Below, piece after piece: positions 54,276-64,000 of a stretch of DNA of 64,000 nt. The position numbers and the translations under genes were made by a program. The notes beneath the pieces were generated by a model that did no database searches, was not told the origin of the DNA, and saw only the letters and a list, made by a program, of their open reading frames with translations. Source of the stretch: Octopus vulgaris (Eukaryota); contig OX597825.1 in assembly GCA_951406725.2 (NCBI GenBank), forward strand, positions 55,304,001 to 55,368,000, given 5' to 3'. Each line of letters starts with the position of its first letter. The first letter of the stretch is position 1.

Positions 54276-54974
54276 TCCATTATCCTTTAACACCCATCTT
54301 CCATGCTGGCAGTTTGATAGCATTTGATGGGTTTGAGAGATACATCATACTTCAGTGTCTACTTTGGCATGGTATTTACAGCTGGATGCTTTTCACAATG
54401 TCAAACATGTAAAAGCAATATAAACAAGTGTACATTTTGCACCAAAAGTCAATACGGGAATACCTCCCATGGCATCTACTGTAGTAAAATTTTAACAACA
54501 GAACACTCACACTTAAGTGGGGATAAATATTATCTCTTGGTATTAATACTATTTCTCACACCAATAAACATTTCTTAACAATCTCAATGGCTAATCACAA
54601 CTCCAGTGCCAGTTCTGGCACTGTTACTCTATATATTGTTTTCAGGTAGACAAGTGACTGTTATCTCTAGTGGTCGAGCATCCATCATTAACAAGACCGA
54701 GAAAGGTCAAAATCATGTGATCTGATGGTCTCAATACTGGAGGTAGCGGGTATTTATCTCCTCACTAACTATATAAATAAGAGTGCACTTTGCACCAGTA
54801 GGTGATATGAGTTTCTCTCAAGATACCTACCACAGTATAGTTTCTCCTAAAGAACATCCACTGTTAAGTGGGGATCAATATTACTTCTCAGTATTAATAT
54901 TGTCTCTGTTGCTAATATATATTTTACGGAGGGTACTGGGTGCTTTTCTCATGGCACCAGCACTAGTGAGGTTG

Positions 54975-55519
54975 CCATTTATCTTCCCACAAGATCTCAG
55001 ACTCAATGCGGAGGCCTACATCAAGTACCTGAAGGAGGTAGTGCTGCCTTGGGTCAAGAGGCTGGTTGATGGAAGATCCTATTTCTGACAACAGCCCTTG
55101 CACCATGCTACACAAGCAGGAGAATCCAGTCATGGCTGTCAGACAATTTCCGTGACCACACCACTCCTAACATCTGGTCACCTATCTCCCCAGACTACAA
55201 ACCCCACTTGATTATTATGTGTGGGGTACAGTTGAGTGAGGGACCAACAACTCCTTGTAACACCAAAGATGAACTGAAGGCAAGGATTATGGCAGCATTC
55301 AATAATTTAAACAAGGAGACCATCCAGAAGAGTTGCAGGAAGTTCCGAAGTCGTCTGGAGGCTGTGGTTGAAGCCAATAGCGATTTTATTGAGTGAATTT
55401 GCTCTTTAATATTTCAAGATGCTTTTATGCAATTTTGGTAAATATATCTATTGAAATGAGATGTCAGTGATATCTTCATTTTTGTGAAATTTGAACGACA
55501 ATTTATTCCCTGCACCCTG
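54975..55519 (+). mobile_element. maT/DD37D-type transposase C-terminal pseudogene plus right TIR
   Basis: LNAEAYIKYLKEVVLPWVK; WSPISPDYKP..DYYVWG (WPPNSPD.NPLDY-like); CNTKDELKARIMAAF..FRSRLEAVVEAN; TIR ..CCCTGCACCCTG. Confidence 0.88.
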
Positions 55520-57696
55520 TGAATAACTCATACCAGACTGGAACATGGACATTAAAAGATGATGATGATGATGATGACGATGCTACATATATGTATGCAC
55601 ACGTGTGTGTGTGTGTGTGTGTGTTAATGTCACCTAGTCTTGATATGTGATAGTTGCAAATGAGTCTCACTGTTATTCAAGTGTTGTCATTCATTTCTTA
55701 TGTTCTGTGAAAACATGTCAGACCATGGGGGAGATATTACCCTGCTTAGCAATTATAAAGTTTGGCAACAGGAAGGGCATGAGACCAGAGAAAACTGGCA
55801 TCAATAAACACTGTAAAACCCATAGAAGAATGGGAAAATGGATGTTATGATGATGTCACACACACACACACACACACACAAATGTATGTATTTATGTCTC
55901 CTTAACAGTGCATCACAGAGACACGAGTCAATGTTGTCATTTCTAAATGATACTTGGTTTTCTGAATGTAACAGCAATATCCCCCTTTTCATTTAAATGA
56001 GTCTAAGAATGAATCATATTACTCTTTACAGAGCCTTCCAAGTGCTGGAAGAATGGGAGAAAGTAACCCTCAGATATGAGACATCTGATCCTAATAGATC
56101 CTAATACCTACAACAGAGTGAACCCTACATGGAGTAAGGGACAGATGGTGGTGTTAAAACAAGTAAAGAATTATGCCTAAGGAATAACAAATTCTTGAGT
56201 CCCCAAAACAACACATACCTCAACGCTAATAAAAGGGTCCCCACAGTGAAAAAGATCAATAATTCTCCTTTCCATCTTAGTGCCAAAAGGCTGTTCAAAG
56301 ACAGATGATTTGTAAAATTTAAAAATGTTATTTTAGAATTCATGCAAGCCAGTGGAGGTCTACATTGACAAGACTCAACACTGCAAACATATGCAAAAAA
56401 AAAAAATGCTATATTAGAAAAAAAAAAGCACCTGATGTTTCTGCCAGAGATTTTCATTCATGTTTGTTAGTTTTTCCTGCTTCTAATGTTCCTCACTATT
56501 TTGTGGGAGATGTGGTGAATTAAGCAGAGGAATTGCAGAAATGGTAAAGTGCCAGACTAAAGAAAAACAAAAATTATTTCTAGTAATCTTCATATTTATT
56601 TTGTTTTTTAAATAACCATTTGGTGTTTTTTTTCAGCATTTATTTTGTTCATATTAATTAAGCAACATATATCTTATTCCTCTTTTTGGTTTTTGATTGC
56701 ATTTAAGAGGAATTTTTTTTTCTCTAGCCTCAAAAATGTTAGAGATTTTAGCTCCATCTTATTGCATTCTAAGTTCAAATCCCAGCGAGAGACGTTGGCT
56801 GTACCCTGCATCATTTTACAGTCAATAAAATAAGTACCAGTCAAGTACTTGGCACCAAATTACATCCAAACCACACCACTCAGTGCGCACAAATTATTTG
56901 GCTTCATGCCAAACATAAAAACTATTTTTCCAAAAAAAAACCATTTTCCTTTCTTTTGCATTTTAAAATTTTTTTATTATTTCTTAATAGATATGATGCA
57001 CTGAATTCACAACTGAATGGTTTCAGAGAGGAAGGGCATCCAGCTGTAAAAAAACCACATGCTTCGATTAATTTTCAAAGCAAGAATAAACGAAACTCTA
57101 GAATCTGCAGTCATATGTATTTTTTGTATTTTTGCACTTTTACATATTTTAGAAGTTTTATATTTTTTGCATTTTGCAGATTTTTTTCACATTATAATTA
57201 GTTGATATAAATTTAGTAACCCATATCTTTAACCTCCATCTATGCAAACATCGACAAATTAATGTACAAATAATTGAGGAATTTTAGTTTAGTTGTGTTT
57301 AAACATATAGCTGTAAATGTATACACATGCATGTGTACATATGTGTGTATGTGTATATATAAATAGAGAGACAGACAGACAAACAGACAGAGAAATACAT
57401 ACACACATACATATATGTATCTATGTATTTCTTGTGTGTGTGTGTCTGTGTGTAAATGTATCTTTAGGTTTCAAGTTTTTTTGTTTCCATTTAGTTATCA
57501 ATTTAAAGATGCCTTTTGGGTTTTTTTCTTATCATGAGAAGAAAATACAGAATTTGGAAGTAAACCAACGAATTTAAATATAATGCTTGTAATTCATTTT
57601 CTTTCCTGATATGTGTGTGTCTGGGTGGATAAATATAGTGGTTGTGTGTGTGTGTGTGTGTATGTATTTATGCATGTATGTAGATATATATATGTA

Positions 57697-57760
<64 letters not shown>

Positions 57761-58129
57761 CACACACATATGAATTTAATTTGAAAAACACTAACTTTAG
57801 TATATATCATTATCATATAAATATCCACTTTTCATGCTTGCATGTGTCAGGCACAATATGTTGAGGCAGACGTTCTATGGTTGGATGCCCTTCATGTTGC
57901 CACATCTCATCTGTTTCCAAGCAACCAGACATGTTCCCCTGTGACCAGACATGTTCTTCATAGAAGATTCAAACAAAAAATATCACTTCTACGCCCATGA
58001 TGGTCACTTTCAACTATCATGTGATGTCAAAACAAAGGTGATACATACATATCTATATATATACATATATATATATATATGTGTTTGTGTGTATGTATGT
58101 ACATATATATATATATATGTGTAATAGAG

Positions 58130-58410
58130 CATTGTCAGTTACAGCAATGTGGGTCCCAGCTGATATGATCAACAGAACAGCTTGCTCATGAGATTAACAT
58201 GCAAATGGCTGAGTGCTCCCCAGACACGTGTATCCTTAATGTGACAAGGCCATCCCTTTGATATACAGGTACTACTCATTTTTGCCAGCTGAGTAGACTT
58301 GAGTAATGAGAAATAAAGTGTCTTGCTCAAGGACACAACGCGTCACCGGGAATTGAACTCACCACCTGATGATCATGAGCTGAATGCTCTAACCACTAAG
58401 CCACACACCT
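58130..58410 (-). mobile_element. SINE, same family as 18712-19025
   Basis: TGGCTTAGTGG head, GAGTTCAATTCC B box, shared body. Confidence 0.8.
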
Positions 58411-59382
58411 GCATTATATGTGTGTGTGTACATACATATGTTGGAAGCTCAACAGGGTCCAATCCACCAAAGCCCATTAACTTGGCTGTGGTTTCACTAG
58501 ATACTTTATATAGGGACAGTGGGAAGCGCAATCTGTTTATGTACATCACTAATTAGATGATGAGGTATTTAGCCATAGAAAATCTCTCTCAATGAATTTC
58601 ATCAAATCCGTTTAAGCATAAAAAAGTGGGTATTATGATGGTGATATATTTGCTAAGAAGGCTTCTTTCAGTTTCTGTCTTCCAAATCAACACGCATACA
58701 AACACACACGCACACACATATATATCATAAGCACAGGCACGGCTGTAGGGTTAAAAATGTTGCTTTCCAAACATATGGTTTCAGGATCAGTCCCACTGTA
58801 TGGTACCTTGGGCAAGTGTCAGCTACTATAGCTCTAAGCCAATCAAAGCTTTGCCTTGTGAAAGGATCTCATGGTTAAAAACTGAAAGAAGGCCATCATA
58901 TATATATATATAGAGAGAGAGACAGAGATAGACAGAGAGAGAGGTATGTATGTGTGTCTTTATTGTGACATAACATGATAGTTGTAAATGATACTTTCAA
59001 GGGAGAGGGTAAGTCTATTACATCAACCTCAGTGCTCAACTGGTACTTATTTTATTGACCCTGAAAGAATGAAATGCAAAGTTGACCTCAATGGAATTTG
59101 AACTCAGAACACGAAGATACCTGAAATGCTTGCTAAGCTTTTTGCCTGGTGTGCTAACAATGCTGCCAGCCCACCACCTTAATGATAATAAATATTACAG
59201 TCATACGAGCTGCATCTTTCATTTTCAATATTCTGCAGAAACACATTTGGCCAAGGGAAAATATTACCTTGTTTAGAAATATGGACAGGTTTAGGGAGAG
59301 GAAGGACATTCAACCGTAGAAAATCTGCCTCAATAATTTTCACCTAACCTGTTCAAGCATGGAAAAGTGAGCATGATGATAC

Positions 59383-59414
<32 letters not shown>

Positions 59415-59576
59415 GGTGATGATTGATAATGATACATACACAATATGGGCTTCTTTCTGTTTCTGTCTACTAAATCCACTCACAAGAATTTGGCTGGTGC
59501 AGAATACACGCAGCACAAGGATAAAATTGAAGTAGAAAAACTGTTTGGGAGTTATCTGTGCTAACAAGAAATTCTC

Positions 59577-59880
59577 TCACAAAGTGAAAGGTTGGTTATA
59601 TAATGCATTTTTATGAAAGCATGATGATGCGTGGCATTGGAATCTGGTCATTAAATACGGAGTATGTGAGACGCTTGAGAGAAAATGCAAGGTCAGTAGT
59701 GGAACACAGATGAGAAGGGAGAAAAATTGGGAATGTGAAGAACTAAAATGGTAGTGTGCCAAAAAGAAATTTAGCTGCTCTGGAGGTGTGATGTGTATGG
59801 AGGGCATCAGTTTGATGAAATGTCAAGGAAGACATAGGAAGATGTGGTAAAGGCAGAAGATCACAGGAGGGTGAATTCCA
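59577..59880 (+). mobile_element. Old RTE fragment
   Basis: KVKGWLYNAF..IWSLNTEYVRRL and a decayed R.RKT.EDVVK. Confidence 0.6.
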
Positions 59881-60266
59881 GACAAGAGGTTACAAGTAAA
59901 TGGTGAGAGGCTGGACTGAAGAAAATCTCATGCAAACATTAAAACAGAAAAATTATTCAAATGATGATACTACTGTTGTTATGATGCTGCCATTACTGAT
60001 GGTGAGGAAGAGGATTCACTACCTTATTACTCAGAGTTTTATATCATATGCACACTATTCAGCCAATGTTACTGTTGTTACTGTCAGTAATAGTAGTAGA
60101 GGTAGTGGTAATAGTAGCGGTAATAGTAGAATATTGTAACCATGGTAACCAACACTGTCAGCATTATCATGAACACAACCATCACTATCACCATCATCAT
60201 CATCCTGTCATCGTCAGCACTACCACAGTCATTAATATTAATGCTGTTCACAATGTTGCTATAATA

Positions 60267-60313
<47 letters not shown>

Positions 60314-60949
60314 TATTATTATTATTACTATTATATTTTGAAGCAGATGGATGTCTCAAGAGACAGCCATGAAAAAATTGATTATTAACAAATTTTATAG
60401 GATGTTTAATTTTTATTTTTATTTTCGTTCTTTAATGTTTATATTTTTTTACTATTTTACAAACAGGGGACTTCGATACATTTGTACATCATTCCCAATA
60501 TCAAGTCTGTCTTTTAGACATTTTATTTGCTTTCAAAAATATTTCATGTTTTTGCATTCTATTCAATATGGTTTCTTCCTTGAGGGGGGCAGTAAGAGGT
60601 GCTAATAAGAAAGGAAGTAGCATTAGATACACCTCCATTAGAAGAAAATTTTCAAATACATTTCAAACTTACAAAAGCAAAAACATAAGAGAATTCAAAA
60701 AAAAAAAAGAAAGAAAAGCAGAAAAAATTTTCAATGATCCACTCACAAATATGCAGACAATAACACTTTTGCACCCGAAAATGCAAATTTGCATGATATA
60801 AATAAGAGTACTAGCAATGAACAGCAGCATCACGAACTTGAGCTTTACTAACAAAAATACTAACAGTTCCTTTACAAACATTATGAGCCAAGAGAAGGTT
60901 TCAGACATGATTTGTATTCAGTTAAAAACAAAGAGCCATGGTAGCAGCA

Positions 60950-61700
60950 TATTATAAAAGTGTCTGCCTCCTTGCCTGAGGAATTCTGGAATGAGGGAGG
61001 TAATATGCTTCCACTTTGCGTGGGCCAGGGGAAGTTTCTACATGTCTATGAATAATCACTCAAAAGAAGCTCTGAATGATGTATAGCATGACAGAAGCTC
61101 CATGATTAGATGTTGAGTATCTTCCCATAAGCTGATACTGCAATTCACAACTTGACATAACTCAAGTGTCACAAGAAAGAACATTGTTGGTGATTGACTC
61201 TTGGCTCATCACTTTTTATGGCACAGTAAGGGCAAGTGATGAATACTGATGTAGTGCTATGGAATGAAATATGGTTGCTGGGTACATACAAAACATACAG
61301 GTCAGGATGACATCCACACCCTCAAAACCATAGAACAATCTTGTAAGTATGCCCTCATTTGGAGTGTAAGGAGAATGGTGATAAGGTTGGAGGTGCAGGA
61401 TGATAGAAAGTTCAGCTGTTATGTGTGATAACAAGTCATTTGAATGATTTCTACCCAGAGGAACTGAAAACTTATAGGAAATGGGTAACAACAGAGGCAG
61501 CAATAAAAACAGCTGTTATCAGAGTTCTAGCTTTGAGGATAGCAAAAGAAATTGCCTCCTCCTCAGTGCCAGAAGTTGATGGCCAAGGATCCTTGCTCCT
61601 AGTTACAATGAGTAGTACCTCCCCATGATAGGAAGGAGATGGAGGATGGACATGGATGGTACACTAACAGAGGAAGTAATAGGGAAAGATTTCAAGAAAA
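60950..61700 (-). mobile_element. Possible very old LINE endonuclease remnant
   Basis: EEAISFAIL and SVPLGRNHSNDL loosely resemble APE C-terminal motifs (PLG.SDH). Confidence 0.3.
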
Positions 61701-61756
61701 GACCTCTTCTATCTCTTAAAATTATAATAATATCTCCCTTTGGAACTACATGGAAT

Positions 61757-61977
61757 TTTAATACCAACCAGCCTGATTCTGGCCCCTGGTTCTGTGATAC
61801 AAAATTCTTGTTTATAAAAGTGATCTGAATTAAAACCTGCCATCAAAATTTCAACTAGATTTATGTTTCAGACACCAAATTAATAAAGATAAAGTTATTC
61901 TATTGAATTCTTCATTATTTTAAAAATTAATTGAAACAAAAGCAGTGTATTTCGACAGAAATGTGCTAACAAAAGGG
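61757..61977. mobile_element. Second piggyBac-type MITE copy
   Basis: Colinear with 13190-13405; ends CAAAAGGG|TTAA. Confidence 0.7.
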
Positions 61978-62879
61978 TTAAATAACCAATGAGGATCAAT
62001 TTGAATGAACATCAGGAAGAACACGGAAATGATAATGTGCAGATTGAAGAGAGATGGGTTTCCAACTCTGTAAAACAAAAATCATAGACTATAAATAAGA
62101 AACAAGTTTAACAATCTATAAACAGTTATATTCTAGCAACCAGGATGACAAGGCCCTTTCTAACCCACTCTTAGCATCTGAACTGCCTGAGAACACTTCT
62201 TGAGAGTGAATATTTTCACTACACATTTACAGAGGTCAAACCAACAGGAGGGAATCATGGTGGGGGAGTGCTCTGATCAAGCTCAAGGTGTGGCAGTTTC
62301 CAATTCATGTGTGGGCCTGCATGAATTGCTTCCCTTATTTTTCTATTATGTTTATTATTGATTGATGTATATATTTATTTGTTTATTTCTTGTTAGTTAT
62401 CTGTGTTTATATAACCAATTTTAAATATGTCCTAATATATTGTCTGTATAACATTGTTGCCCTGTACACATTTTTATATAATTATATATGTTTATGTATA
62501 TATATATGTATGTATGTATATGTTACATTTACTTACGTCTTTGTACTACCTTTTGTAACATGTTGTTGTGTGTATGAATTGGTCCTGCTGGCAAAATAAA
62601 TGAATTATTATTAACATTATTATTACTACTATTTGAATTATTATTGTTATTACTATTAATGTTGTTGCTGTTTTTATTGTTGTTGTTGTTATTGCTGGCT
62701 TTTGTGTCTATTGAAATAATGTTTCCAGTAAATTTTATTTCACTTTTCATATTTATTAGTTTTAAACTTTATTTTATTTTACACTTAATTTGCGTATGTT
62801 TATCTACCGGTGCGTCTGTATATGTTTGTGTATTTGTGTAAGTGTATGTGTGTATGCATACATCACAATATATAGAATG

Positions 62880-62901
62880 GCATGCATTTAAGCACAGTCA
62901 T

Positions 62902-62941
<40 letters not shown>

Positions 62942-63890
62942 GAGAGAGAGAGATACACAAACACAATGTATACACCATACACACATACTCTAACCTCAGT
63001 ACACACCCTGACCTTAACACTCATATACACATCTTACCCTAAAATACACTCATATAAAGACATGTATATATATACATCCTTATCTACATATGTACACACA
63101 CAGTACCTTTAACAGATGCACTCATACACACTAATATACACAAGGGCATACATAGACAATTATAGACTAATACAAACACATACACAAACACATATAGACT
63201 AATATACACAACATACACACATGTATGCACGTGCATACTTTCAGGCACACACACATATCTAACACATACATATGCACACAGAAACTACATCATATGTACA
63301 AAGTAATACATAAAACCTAACACATACATCCAGAGAGACAGACATATATTAAAATAATCACAAAGATACATAGTCTAGCACACACAAACACACACATGAA
63401 CACATATACCCAAACATAAATAAAGCAAGCATAGACACATACTGACTTCCCTACAATACACACACATAAGTGCATACATAACCTGACACATAGAGACACA
63501 TATGGCCTCTCATACATACACACATGTAGGATAGCCCACTTACACGCACATGTATACAAAGACACAATGTCTAACATTCACACACACACACAATGCCTAA
63601 TATACATTCATTCATACACACATACAACCAAATATACACACAGATTAGCAAACTTACGCATACACACACATAATGCCTTACACATATATATATATATATA
63701 TGTATGTATGTATGTATATATATATATACATATACACACACACACACATATGAATTACTCCACACACTCGCACACAGATTCATATAACCTAACACACACA
63801 CACACACACACCCACAGAACATTGTTCCACACAATAAAGCAGCAGCAGTAGCAGCAGCAGTAGTAGTAGCAGCAGCAATAGCAGCAACAG
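62880..63890. repeat. Degenerate (CA)n field followed by (CAG/TAG)n
   Basis: Low-complexity sequence; explains ORFs 62842-63851. Confidence 0.9.
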
Positions 63891-64000
63891 TATTTCATTC
63901 CTTTAGAATATAGCCATCGTTTGCTGTATATTCTTCAATTACAATTACACATCTTTGTGTCAAAGAGATCAATTCTTGCTCCGTTATTGATTCTTGTTCC

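Noticed and set aside
128-63851. Most ORFs in the six-frame track (YI/HT/CV, poly-V, poly-H, poly-N, poly-L)
   Set aside because: Translations of di- and trinucleotide microsatellites
63895-64000. Possible coding end at window edge (minus EQESITEQELISLTQRCV..KE*)
   Set aside because: Truncated by the window; open frames on both strands; undecidable

Overview
AT-rich, microsatellite-dense animal DNA that is intronic or intergenic. The SINE/RTE repertoire and (TA)/(CA) density look like a coleoid cephalopod (Octopus-like); this is inference from repeat style only. No intact protein-coding gene is recognisable. Almost all ORFs in the track are microsatellite artefacts or decayed transposon fragments. 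Identifiable fossils are a CR1-group LINE, two R4/Dong-type LINE 3' ends, many RTE LINE fragments and 3' UTRs, a Helitron PIF1-helicase relic and Helitron 5' end, Tc1 and maT/DD37D-type transposases, hAT and piggyBac MITEs with TSDs, and dozens of tRNA-headed SINEs, some in head-to-tail arrays. The most unusual signal is a set of eight type-I hammerhead-ribozyme-like motifs at six-plus loci (CTGANGA...GAAAC-palindrome-GTA/GTC). Most lie inside inverted-repeat (foldback) elements next to (TA)n tracts, including a ~620-bp near-perfect hairpin carrying two opposed ribozyme-like motifs. This fits ORF-less Penelope-like/retrozyme elements. One weak candidate first coding exon (26901-26984, +) is noted. 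All structures were derived by eye and boundaries are approximate.
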